A stretch of 64,000 nucleotides of DNA from Ramazzottius varieornatus. Lineage: Eukaryota; Animalia; Tardigrada. A program made the translations under genes and the position numbers. The notes under the pieces are model-generated. The model was not told the DNA's origin. It ran no database searches and saw nothing but the letters and a program-made list of their open reading frames with translations. This document shows, in pieces, positions 45,769-60,251 of this stretch. Within the stretch, counting starts at the first letter, position 1; every line of letters begins with the position of its first letter. The stretch is taken from the NCBI GenBank assembly GCA_001949185.1, contig BDGG01000013.1:1127226-1191225 (forward strand), given 5' to 3'.

Positions 45769-48619
45769 TCAACATACGTTTATTCGTGGCGTTTTACGCA
45801 ATGCATCGGTCAGGAAGAAAGGCTTTCTTAATGAAAGCTTAGAAGGTGTTGCAGTACGAGAACGACCAGGCTGTTCTTGAACATTTACACGAGGTGTTTT
45901 GATCAATGGTTCAGTAACAAAGAAAGGAGTCTGTAATCTGGCAGAAAAGCTAGACTTGGCTTGACTATGCGTGGTTGTGCTTTCCACTGGAACTCTTGGC
46001 CTTTTTGACAGCGGATCCGCCTGGTAAAACGGTGGCTGTAACTTGACAGTGGCAACCGCTGCTTCTGTTCCGCTCTTCGTGAGGGAATTTCGGCTTTGAC
46101 TCAGCGGGTCTGTTGTAAAGAACGGTGTTTGAAGAACTGTCAGCCGAGGACTGGAAATCTTTTTCTCCGCCCGACTGATTGTCGCCTTGACGGATAGATC
46201 GGTTGCAGGCTTAGGGTTAGCTTCATCAGCTCTTTGAACCGTCACTCTGGGTGTTTTCTGCAAAGCATCGCCGATGAAGAAGGGTGTCTGCAGAAGGAGC
46301 GGCTCCTCTTTGGAGCTGAGGGCCGTCTTTGTGAAAGACACACCAACTCTCGGCTGTTTGGTCAACGAGTCCTTGTCGAAGAACGGCTTGTTTAGTTCAG
46401 CGCTTGGGTCGTTGTTGTTTGGGAAGGTTTGGAGCTTCGCTCGGGCAACCTTGTGTAGAGGATCGCCGTCGAAAAATGGAGACTGAAGGAAAACAGCATC
46501 TTCAGTGTAACTCTTCAACCCTGCATCAGTATTCCGAACATTGACTCGAGGAGTCTTTTTCAGTGGGTCGGTTGGAAAGAATGGCGGTCCGCTCAACAGC
46601 ACAGACGCACTACCGGCCAAAGTTTCCGCTCCGTCATCGACATTCGTCGTGCTCTTTGATTTTGCTTTCGGAACAACTTGATTGACCGGTAAGTTTTCCG
46701 TCATGTTCACAGTCTCCAGCGTTGAAAGTGAAGCTTTGGCCGGCTCCTCTGGCGTTCTGCGTTCCAGTTTGGGCGTGGCTCTGTGTGACCTTCTTATTGC
46801 CAGCAAATCTTTCGGCGTTTTTATCTTATGTTTCGTGCTGGTTGCCATCGACGTTGATGACTTATTCTTCTTCTTCTTCGATAGCTCGGTTACTCTGGGT
46901 CCTGTTGGTTGGACGGGTATCGGTATTTCTCCGGCCAACTGTTCTTTAACGGGTACGCGGTAGCTCTTGGTTGAAGGGTCTGTCTTGAAGAATGGTGGAC
47001 CGTCCAGCCGCGCCAGTTTCGGTGTGCGAGAGACCAAGTTGGACACTTGGCGCTCGTAGTGTTCCGCAAGGAGCTCCGTCTTGTCAGCATGGTACAGATA
47101 ACAACGGTCGCCGTGAGGACCTCTTGTTAGACGTTGCAGTCGAGATTGTTCAATCTCTTTTTCGGTTACACCCATGTCGATGTCGGTTCGAGATTCGTCT
47201 TGGCGGTTTAGGCGAGGTGGTCGAAGCACTCTTTGCGCTTTACTGAACGCCATCTACAGATATACATGTAACCACCACGTACTGAACAAAGCGTAGAACA
47301 GTACCGAATGTAGCTGATTCCCAGCTGGGTTGGGTAAACCGTGCAGCTCGCCACGAAACACAGTTAGACGGGGAACCAATGGGAGCTATGTGGGGATATC
47401 CAAATAAGTTCTCAAAGAACACAGATATATTTCTAATATAACTTCTCTTTTCAAAGAACGGTGGAAACGTTTGGAATGCGTAGAGGCTGTCGCCGGCCAA
47501 CCAATAATCCCGCCTATGTTCTACAATAACATTAAAAACTGGTCGTACCCGTTGGTTCGTGGAGTACATTCTCTGTAACATTTGCTCAAACGAGGCCGGT
47601 CTCTTGGCGGTATTGCTAAGCGTCTCGTGTTGAAAGTTCCAGGTATTGCACTTATTTTTCTTCCGGCAGGGGTTATAGATTTGTGGGATAGGGTGCGCCA
47701 GTTTCAAGTTGGTCAGTGTCTCATACAGCGTCATCAGCAATACTGCTTGTCCAGCCTGTCGATACTCCATGACGCCTCCGATGATTTCCGCCGGTATGCG
47801 GACCAAACCATGCTTTTGCAGGATGAGATCGACCTGACTCCATATCTCGGCGTACTGAACCCTTGTCTGCGGTTCATGGAAGGCACTCAGCTGTGCGTCC
47901 CTCGGGAAGTAGTGATGAAGAATGGACCAGACAACGAAGCCGCCGGCAAAGTGCTTGGGCTGCATGTACTTTGAGATGTCAACGTTACTGGCGCATCGTG
48001 TCACCCACACATCGACCACCAAGGGAATACGGACGAAAGCGTGCAGGTCGACGTAGAGACCTTCCCGCGAATCACCTTCAAGACAACAACCGATATCGGT
48101 CAGATAACGCGTGGCAGGCCGGCAATCGAGACGGGCAAGATTGTCGTCTCATGTGGCGCACGTTACTGGCCGATTGCAACGCAAAAGTGAGCCACTTTGA
48201 AATCTACATTCCGAACGTGTCGCTTTGCCAGCCTTCCATATCTTGGCGTACTGCCAGGGTCGGGTCTTACCTGGAAGAGGAGTTGGTGGTACTTGAGGGC
48301 CGGTTTCAAAGTGACTGATGGAATGCGAAAGGAAGAATGGGTTATCCACATTTTCATCGCGCGGTTCGTTCGCTTGTCTTGCCTGGGGGAGTTCGGCGGA
48401 CTTTACAACTGAAGGTCGGAGAGTGACAGCGGTAGAAGTGCGACTAGACGTAGGTCGAGGAAGTGCTGCCAATGTCGAGCTACGGATGACGGAAGGTTGA
48501 GCCGAAGGAGCCGGTGGTTGAAGGTTGGCTGCTTTCTCGGCGAAAAGAGTGATGGCCGCTCTCATAAAGTTGCGCAGTTCGACTTCGTTGTGTAGAATAA
48601 CCACTTGATCGGTTTGCAT
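45769..48619 (-). CDS. SPATA4/SPEF1-type calponin-homology (CH_2) protein with nine C-terminal PFFxxDPL repeats (786 aa)
   Basis: Exons 48619-48271, 48075-47549 and 47253-45769 join in frame (2361 nt). CH domain: KHFAGGFVVWSILHHYFPRDAQLSAF..AEIWSQVDLILQKHG..IPAEIIGGVM..LYETLT. Confidence 0.75.
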
Positions 48620-48990
48620 CGTTGAATATCAGAAAGCGCTATCCGCCACATGCAAGATTAAATGAATCCCTCGCCTGAAGACCATTTTACTACATGATCG
48701 GCGCTATAATTCATGTTTCTGGACGGGTATTTCTCTGGCGTTCATAGCAACAATGGCTCTCGATTGATTGCGATTTCACAGACAGATAATAACCAGCGGA
48801 CATTGATTCGGTTGGTCGCAAGCGATATTTTGATAGCGGAACAGGTAGTGGAATATGGAAAGGCGGTAAAGAACCAAGTCAGAAAAATATCACATTTGGG
48901 GAAGAGAAGGAAGAGGACGAAGCACCAGTTTCGAAATCCGGCGTTTCCGTGCGCTCAGTTCGGTCGACAGCGAGGCGATCAGAAAGTTCA

Positions 48991-51900
48991 TCAAGCAGTA
49001 GCCTTTGCCGTATTTTTGACTACAAACTCTAGATAATCGGGGGACTTTTCTTTGAAGAGTTCGGTGATTGTGCTGACGCATTGAGCGTGGCTCAAGTTGT
49101 CAAACTTCTTGCCGTTGATGGACATAATGACATGACCAACCTTGAGCATACCATTTAGATGGGCACTTCCTCCAGGCTAAAACAAACAGGAAAAAGACCA
49201 TAGAGGAAAGGCAACTCCCCTTCTTGTCTGTAGTACTTTGGCAGCGTCCTGTGAAACCACATTCAATTACCTGAATGTTGATGATCCTCGGCAAAGGATG
49301 AATGGTGTCCGTTCCTCCTTCGATAGCCAGTCCCAAGTACGGTGCCGCCTTTTTGACTCTGATCGTCTCAATAATGGTCGGAGACTCGCCAGGCTTCAGA
49401 TTGGTGTTCACTTCCTCCTGGAGAAGCCAAACAACATTTCCACACTGGAAAATATCATTATTCCGACAAACTTGACGATACTTACCACGACTTGGAGGGT
49501 TTGAGGTCGTGAACGGCTAGCAGGTATGCCATTGACATTCTCGGCCAAACTGACCTGCTCCTCAGCCGCTACATTGCCCGAAGGCCGTCTCGACTTCTCC
49601 ACCGCTCTCTTCATCTCTCTCTTAGGCGACTGGTGGTAGCCTTCCAAACTGCCCACCGACCCACGATTATTGTTATTGGCTCTGTTGCTACCCATTCTCA
49701 AGGCCACATGCCTCGGCGATTCGTCCCTCCCATTCGCCTGCTCATTGCCGTTCGAACTATAGGAAGCTCGCGGACTAGGACCACGCGACGTCCGCTCTTC
49801 CAGCGAGTCATAACTGCGATCCCGTGCCACATCATAGCGTTTCTGTCCTCGCACAGCCCGACCAGCGGGTGTATCGGAGTAATCATACGTCGAGGCTTGT
49901 CCTGGGCTTGACTTCATCGGCACATCGTACGAGGGTCGTCGATGATTATGGGCTGGATGACGGTTAGCGCCACTGTTGTAGGCCAGATGATCGATCGAGT
50001 AACTTTTCCGATCTGGTCGGAACATGGAAGCAGCGTTCGGATTACTGGGCAGCGGGTTACCAAAATCCAGCGAGTTGTAATTGCGAAAGGTCATCGGGTT
50101 GTTGGCTGGACTGAAGCTCCGTTGAGGGTTTGCATTGTCCGTCAGGTAGTAATTCTGCTCAATCTGCGCTACATCGTAGGTGAATACGCCCGGTTGAGTG
50201 GATGGTGCGGGAGTTGTCGGTAAGGGCGTGGCTGGTGTGACCATCGTCTGGACCATCTGCATGCCATTGGCTGGATGAAAGTTCTGTGAGGCGTTGACAT
50301 TGGCCCAGTTGGGATGGAGTGCCATGTTGCCGTAGTCCGCCGCCGACCACGTCCCGGGATGCGCCGGTTGGATAGTCGACATGACACTTGCCGTCGTCGG
50401 AGGTGGCAGATTGACGAAAGCCGGCTGGGTGATAGCAAGTGGTACCGGGGTCAGTATCGGTGTCGGATCAACAGTTTGAGTGATGGGTGGAAGATCGGAA
50501 AAGTACAGGGAAGGTGTGTTCTTCAGCGAGGACTTTAACGGTGTGATCGGAAGCGGTTTGATCATGGACAAGTTTTCCTCCAATGTCAGCGAACTGAGAA
50601 AGTCCAGCTCGGTATTTGAATGGTGAATTCCCGAGAAGAGGTTGATGGGTGAGGACATCCATTCCGTCTTCAAGTTCGACGTCAACGTGTCGTAGCGGAG
50701 GATATCCTGCACAGCCACCATGTTGCGAATATCATCCAGCAGCTGAAACTTGGGGAGGGAATCGATGCTTTGGAACAAGGATAAGACCAAGACGTCAACG
50801 CCCATCGAGCCATTGAGGTACTCTCGGAGGAAATACAATAGCGCTTCTTTTTGTGTTTCGTCATCCAGTAAGATATTGGCGTTCTTCTCCACTACCGACA
50901 ACCAATATGACGCTGAGTTATTGTTATTGCTATTGTTATTGTTACTAGAAAGTTCAAAGGCATCTTTTCTTCGGGCTCGTGATGGGCGGAATGGGCTGAA
51001 AGAGCGCTCGTCAAAGTTGCCGTACCCATTGTCGAAGAGGGATGGGTACGATGGAGAGAGTTCGTCGCGGTAGTTGTCGGGGTTGATTTGGTCCAACATG
51101 GCTTCGCGGGTTAGCTGGTCGATTTCGTCTTCGGCGGGGGCGGCGGACAGGAGGGCGGCGTTGGTGTAGAGGCGGTTGGGGCTGTGTTGAGCAGTGTGCC
51201 GGGGCGACGAGGAGGAGGAGACTGAGCTGGGAGCGGTCAAGCGACGGGCGTAAGGCAGCTTGCCAAAGTAGCGGACGATGAGGGTCATGTGACGGTGACT
51301 GCGCAGTATGTGGACGGCTTTGTTGTGGGAGATGCGACGAAAGTCGGCACCGTTGACGGACATGATTTGGTCACCTATCTGCCAGGGCAGAAAAAGGAAG
51401 CTCAGATGGACTTGTTGTTGTGAACGGAATAAATTAATCATTGTGAAAGTCACATGATAGACCGCCCTTCCGGTTAGTCGGCTGAATAAGCTGGATGTGG
51501 GTATTTTGCTACATGTTCTTGCTACTCGCTGGCGAGGGCTGCGCTTGTGCCATCGTTGATTTCACCTTCATAGCCCATACATAGGAGGTTCTTGTCACAA
51601 CCAGTATACGGCTCCCGTATTTCTGCACAAACAAAATTTCAAAACTTTTCCTGCTAGAAAAAAACCAGTCCGCCAAAATTGCGCAAAAATATTCTGATAT
51701 GATTATTTGCGAAATTGAAATGGCCGGCAGGGGTGTTTTCGTTGACATCATCGAGAAGATATAATTATGCCTACGCCGGCGGTAGTGTTTGACCACTGAC
51801 GCAACTTCTCTACAATATGCTCTCACTGCTCCTGCTGTCGACTTTCTTCAAAATTCCACCTCGATGTTACCGTGGTTGATGGAAACTCCATATGCATTCA

Positions 51901-54673
51901 GGGTGGTCACAATTTGGTACTGAGCCATCAGCGGTAATCACAAGAGACAAACCAAGATACCCGGGGGAAAAGGAGCCCACCTGCAAGTCAGCTGCCTCCG
52001 CCGCGGAACCGGGATCCAGTCCGGTGATATAAATGCCCAAGCCGTGCTCCAGTCCGCCACGAATGAGCAAACCCAAGTGCACATCTTCACTGACAACCAA
52101 CAGGCACTTCCTCTCGGGGGGCAGCCTGTTTGTCTTGTTGTCCATCGATCCCTTGCCGTACAGCGGGTCTATTTCGGGTGGTGGGCTGCAGGGTTGATGG
52201 CGAGTGTCGATCCAGGCATAGGCTTGATTGTTCAGTTCCCTCTCCTCATCCGTGGCCTCTTCCACCATGGCCACTACACCGTCCCTCTCATCAAGCTCAT
52301 TGCCGCTCTGTTTGTTCCGGCGGCCTGAAGTATGTGGCCCATCCGCTTCGCCGTTAATACTTCCGCTCCTTCGCCGCCCAGATTTCCCAGGCTGCTTCCG
52401 CTCACGACGCTTGTTTGCACTAGTGTGCTGGCGAAAGGGCGCTTCCTCGTCGTGGGAAACCTCCATAATCGCCTCCTCCAGCTCATCGTCAGCGGCTAAA
52501 CGCTGCACTTTCAGCTTTATTTGCAAAGCTTCCTTGATGATCTACAATGAGAAAAACATACAATGCGCGCCCACTACAGTAATCTAATTTTCACTAACAA
52601 CACAGCTCCAGAGCTAGCCCGCTTCGACGCTTCATGGAATGCGAGAAAAAGTACAACTGTCATCTCGGGAAAAAAGCCCAGATGAATTTCTCTTATGATC
52701 ATTGCTGACGCAACCAAATCTAATTTCATGCCCCAACTGCTCATGCATCCTATTCGCCGCACACGTCAAAAAAGTAACCGCTCGAAGCAGCAGCGTTCCC
52801 ACAAGTTCTTCCCAACGACTAAACTACGAGAAAATTTCTTTCCGCCGCTTCTGAAATTTTCATTCTAGGGCATTTTTCTACAGTAGTTTATTGAGTCTGG
52901 TATCATTCACGATGGTTCCTCGAAGGAAAAAACCTCGATCAATCGATCCCGCATGCAAATTTCACAAGCGAGGAACTGGAAACCTTTTGAAACCCAATCA
53001 AATTATTCACCTCGCCAATATAATATTCGCGCCATGTAACAATGCGGTACAATTGCCCACTATAAAGTTGCAAATAAGCCGAAACAACGATTTTCCAGTT
53101 GAATTCCAGATGCAATACGCGAAGATACAAGCAAAATCTGCTTCAAGTGCGCGAGTAGCGTGGGTCAAGTAACGTTCAATGTTTCAGGGGAAATCTTGCT
53201 TTAGCACAGAAGGATGATCTCAAAGAATCAAAGGGATCACAAGAAAATGAGGAATGGTAAAGGGTTTCAAGTGCGTTTGAGCCGTCCTAACGAGCAGACG
53301 AAGACCGCCGACAGCACAAGGCAGTGCTTGGGATCTTACAAATGCGCTGGGGGAACTGGGAGGACAATTTGGTCAAATCCCCGATGAAAGAACGAGCTAT
53401 CAGCCTATGAGACAATCAATACGTCCTCCTCTTCTTCTTAAACAACTTAGCCTTCCACACAATGTCTTGCCTGCCCGTAAACATGCTCGTAATAAAGGTC
53501 CGTTCAATGGGAACATTTATCGGAATGTGCGACACGGCTCATGTTGCATCCATGAAACTAACCGAGGAAGACACATACTACACATCTCTCTGGGTACTTT
53601 AGTGAGTCTGAGGAAGGCACAGTTCGCTTGTGCAGTAGTAAACTTATCGATTTTCCAGTGAAGATTTCATGCAAGAAAAATCAAGGATGATCATGCAACC
53701 CATTCCTCTTCATTACCCCAAAATATACTGTAGAAGGGGAAAAACCGTTCAACCTGACAGCAGGAGTATACTGCAACGTAGCAAAGCTCATTTCTCAACA
53801 GCACGCAGAATACTGTATCTGATCGTGATTGAATTTCGAGTATGTTTGAAGCAATCGATACAGCACCATCACATATAGTTTGAACCAATTTGCTACATTT
53901 GTCCCCATTTTGAAAGTGGAGACTTTACTTCCTAAAGGGTTGATACTGCCGAAGCAACCAACCCGGGTTCAAGCCACCGTTCAACTAAAGTGACACGGAC
54001 TTACCTGCACAGTGTCCGTGTGGGACAGTTTAGAGGCAGCAATGCCATCAACACCCAGCAGGATATCTCCGCGGCACAGTCCGGCCAGGTCCGCTGCACC
54101 TCCGCGGTACACCGCCGAGATGACCAGCGGTGCTCCGGCGTCCACACCCCCCGTAATCTCAAAGGCAAAGTCTTCATCAAAGGTGTCTCGTGATAGGACA
54201 ATATCCAGGACATTCGACTCGCCCATATCCCCCCGCTCATCTTCCATCTCCTGCAGCACAGTGGCGCTACTTTGGCGAGCACTGCGCGGTCTCGAGCTGC
54301 GTGCCGAACTGCTCTTCTCGGCTTTCGTCGGTGACACTTGGGTCTCTTGGCCATTATTGACTTGGCGTAATGGAGACATAGGCCGGCTTACTCGTGACGG
54401 CTGATTGTAGACACTGTTATCCGACCCACCTCCTTCCCGGCCATACTCACCCACCGAGTTCTCCTCCACATCTGAACCAGAGTCCAAGACCAAGACGGGC
54501 TCGTCGGATGAGTCAACTTCGCCAACGTTAAAGGGAAAGGGGAACACGGTGCTATCATTGTCAGGAGAGTACGGCAAAACTGACGCACCCGCTCTGATAT
54601 CATGATTGGTATCATGGTGAACAGATGTGTCAGTTTGCGGCGGCGCTCGTCGAACTGCTCCGAAAGAACTCAT
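48991..54673 (-). CDS. Whirlin/PDZD7/dyschronic-like scaffold (PDZ1, PDZ2, harmonin-homology domain, C-terminal PDZ)
   Basis: Exons 54673-54005, 52541-51981, 51378-49485, ~49417-49271, 49176-48991. PDZ1 FAFEITGGVDAG; PDZ2 LGLLIRGGLEHGLGIYITGLDPGSAAE; linker YAWIDTRHQPCSPPP; HHD LLYFLREY..KFQLLDDIRNMV; PDZ3 LGLAIEGGTDTIHPLPRIINIQPGGSAH. Confidence 0.85.
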
Positions 54674-56702
54674 CCTCCTTCCTTTCCTCTCCGAGCCTTG
54701 GCTGTCAGCCACAGGACAGTCAGAGAGCGAGAAATGTATGGGACGCCTGATCGAGCTACTCAATAGTTCACCCACACTTCATCCATCTCTTCGATATCCA
54801 ATCAAAACTTGCACACTTGTGTGGCGGGACACAATGGCTCTCTTTATGCTCGTACCACTCCTCCACCACACGCTTTCAACCTGCCCAATTTTTTCTGAAA
54901 ACTTTTTCCGCACCAAGCGTTCAGGGACGATTAGCCATGGTTCGTCCCTCCTCTATCCCCGGCGACAGGAATCACTGCGAAAAGAGAAACCCACAATCAA
55001 TCCAGCAACCAAGAGCCTGATCACAACTATAACGTTGGTTTGTACAACCGCAAGACAGTCATGATGTCCCTGCGAACCCCCTTTGTTTTAGAGTGTTGAA
55101 AGCAAGGACTGACTATCTCTGAAGCCTATCCACCAGTGTCGGTCCGTTCCACTACGAACTGAACTATCTCTACGATACTACCTAGCGCTAAAGCAAGGAT
55201 GCCCATTAATACAGTATCGACCTTCGGAGTCGTATTGCGCTAGGTCAAATCGAGGGTGAATTAAAAATTCATGGGTTTCGGGAGGAGTCGAAATCACTTC
55301 TACTTTAGTGGCAGTTGGAAACTTGTCACTTGGATGGGTTCGATAAAAAAATCGGTTCTGAAGAGTAAGAGAAAAAAGGGGCCGAAAAAGGGGGGCGCGT
55401 ATTGATTTCCGTTTGAACGGCTCCTTCAAACTGTTTTAACTGACGGTTTTCCGCCGTAAATTCATAGACAGTACGCCGCTCCGTCTGGGAACTGGGAAAC
55501 AATAGTGTTTGTACTGCGTGCTTACTCGTTCGGTGGAAAATATGGAAAACCAGCAGCTTATGTCAAGGCAGAAGTGCCGAAGACGCCGATGTCAGAGAGG
55601 TTTCTCATGCAAATTAGCTCAACTGATGTGTCAAGTGCGTCCTGTTTAGTTTAACTATACCCCCGAAGAACACTGTCAGAATCGACCGTAGAATGAATAA
55701 TCTCCGGCTTCGCTCCTCAGTATTGTGAATATAACGATAGACAATTCCATTGCGCCGGAAAATACTGGAACGATCGACATGCATCAGTAATTCCCAGGCG
55801 GATCACAAGAGCTCAAAGACTTTGGCTCCACGCAATAACTCGATTTTATTCGAACGGTAAATGGTGTTAGACTAAATTAGCGGCATGGCTCGAAAATCGA
55901 AATCACGAGACACGACTGTAGATTGTTTTATGGACACGTTGAGCAAATTATCCTCAACGAAAACATCAAACAATGTTTTTAAAGGATTACGGGGGCTGAC
56001 TTTTGAAACGCGATTATGCTAAATCCGCTTACCGTTGTACGAGCTTGCACAGAGGTTTCGAGATGAGACAGCAAGCGGATGCCAGCGAGTTCGCAGTGAA
56101 GTCCTCGACGAACCACTGAGCTCGAGCGCTGCACGGTGGAGACTGCCGGAAGGGTCTCGGGTCCGTTGGTACGGCTCAAGTTTGAGAGGAGGAATTCAAG
56201 GACTCAAACTTGGACGCAGCCTGCAGCAAAATCACTTTGCAGATTGTTAATGTAACACGGCCGGAAAAACAATCAGGATGCAAAGGACGCAGCTTACCTC
56301 AACGAGGAGTCGATGAGGAAATCAGACAGGCAAAGCGATGCAAAGGACCGTCATTGGTAGGCAGTCAGAGGGAGTAAATGACGGCTACGTGCAGTTCCCC
56401 ATCCGCATTCCAAACAGGCAGCAAGCATCATTACCATCGAGAGAAAAGAAAAAACTCTGCCATGGAATGATTAGCTATCCCGATCTTCCATAGCGTATGT
56501 CTAGCGAAGAGAATGAGATCGGATGAAGGCATGAACAGATGTTAATCAAAGGATATGGAAAATATCTTGTTTAGCATAATACGCACGTGCTCCCGCGGAT
56601 AGAGAATGCTGGCAAGACGCTTATGAAGTGTCTGAAGGAAGGATCGTAAAATCGAGACGCCAACAACTTTGATCGACGTTGAACGGTCGGCGTCGGCGGG
56701 CA

Positions 56703-56725
56703 TGGCTGGCTGGCTGGCTGGCTGG
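56703..56725. repeat. (TGGC)5 microsatellite
   Basis: TGGCTGGCTGGCTGGCTGGCTGG. Confidence 0.9.
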
Positions 56726-57498
56726 GGCAGTTACAGTAAGTAGCTAGCAACCTATTTGGGATAGACAGAACGATCGATAATGGTTATCATCCAGGCCACA
56801 GCTGTGATATATTACAATGTAAAGGCAACAACACCTTGTCTTCCTGTGAGAGAGACTAACTTGTCTGTGGTCGATGGGGAGCTGACTCAGCTGAGGGAGC
56901 GAAACCACTTGTTCGTAAGGGAAACGGAGACAGCGGACTTTCCGATGGACAATTTGTTAGATCAGCTGGAGAAAACACATGAGCGCGTGCTCCAAGTCGA
57001 CGAACGGCATCGGATGACGTGATCATGGCGTAATCGATCCCGGCCTTCCAGGGATTCCTGCTGCCAAAGTCTGCGACGGGCCTCTGGCTAAAGCCTGAAA
57101 CGATAGTAACCAAGTCAATGCAAACGAAGGTTTGGTTCGACCATTCTCATAAAAGCTTACCGTCCCACTTCGAAGCGCTGTTAGACCTGTCGAAGCACCA
57201 TTGTGGGAAACACGCAGCCTTATTATGAGTGTCTATCCGGAGGTCCATGAGGTATCGATGGATAGAGGAAATAGAAGGAAAAGACAGGCGCGGGATGAAA
57301 CTAGAAAAACCGCAAGATCTCCGATCAAATCTCGAACACATAAACCAAAACAAAGGTTGCGAAACGGCGCAAAGTCTGGCAGGCCAAGCCGGTCAACAAT
57401 CCGGTACGCACTGTGCGTTGGCTTTTGGCGAGGCGTCCTGCGTCAACCGGAAGGTGGACAAACCGGGCAAGTTACGCAATCAATGATCAACCGACTAG

Positions 57499-59448
<1,950 letters not shown>

Positions 59449-59710
59449 AAGCTTGTTTTCATCACTGAAATTTTATTAGCGAAGATAACATGATAGGCTC
59501 TCATCTCCACACGATGCTTCATTCTCTGTTTGCGGATTTTTCTTCCAAATCGTCGCTGTATCATCCTTTATGTTTTCATAATTATATTGTTTTCACACTC
59601 TAATGACGTTAATCGGTATTGGTGATCCTCTTCGTGTAATTTTTGGGTTGATAGAAGATGTAGAATTCTCAGTCGAAAGCAGTGCGTGCGCCGAGTTCCG
59701 ACAAGCGAAC

Positions 59711-59746
59711 CCGGAAGTTGACTGGAATCGCACATTACCGGAAGTG
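59711..59746 (+). promoter_or_regulatory. Paired ETS-type CCGGAAGT motifs upstream of IPPK
   Basis: CCGGAAGT at 59711-59718 and ACCGGAAGTG at 59737-59746. Confidence 0.3.
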
Positions 59747-60251
59747 ATGTAACTCGGTCACGAATACTGTAAAGCTTCTTCAACTTCGCGAAATACGTCA
59801 TGATACACGCGGAATATTCCCCGGAGGTTGGTAGCGTATAGTCACCCGACCGGGGTTTAACTTCACGCGTACGATTACGTAATTCGCGAAGTTCAAGAAG
59901 CATCACAATATATCGTTAACTGGTGGGACGTCACGCAGCGCTTCATCCGGAAAGCACGGTTAGGCTGACTGTTGAAATTCATTTTTCAGCTTGTCAGTTG
60001 TCTTTCCTCCAGATCTCTGACATTTCCGTTTGTGGTTGTACGGTTGTCCCTTGCCATTCCAGTGGTTTCTGGCGTGCTCTGCGTTACACATGAAGGCTGG
60101 ACGAATCCTCAAAGATGAGGAAGAAAACGTTCATCGCGGATCCCATCAGGAAGCAGCTGGAGGTAAAGTTCACTGGACGAGCAAAATCCATAAATTCGGT
60201 TTCTTACGCCCTTGCATTATCTCCCAGCTCAGAACTCAACCTTCCGCCGAT

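Larger units (their letters stand above)
1027..48195. repeat. Dispersed hairpin family GTGGCGCA-N26/27-TGCGCCAC (15 units at 10 loci; coordinates span the first to last unit)
   Basis: Left-arm starts at 1027, 1933, 5710+5783, 17036, 22180+22255, 29159+29232, 31891, 36147+36222, 37819+37885, 48153. Confidence 0.85.

Noticed and set aside
1027-48195. Hairpin units as a CRISPR array or integron attC sites
   Set aside because: They are dispersed as singles or doublets in eukaryotic introns, with no array, cas genes or integrase.
53955-53980. GGTTCAAGCC B-box-like motif (tRNA or SINE)
   Set aside because: No A-box or cloverleaf can be built. No tRNA or rRNA genes were recognised in the window.
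56780-57486. Coiled-coil-like short ORFs between the whirlin-like gene and MetAP2
   Set aside because: They are fragmented and have no identifiable family.
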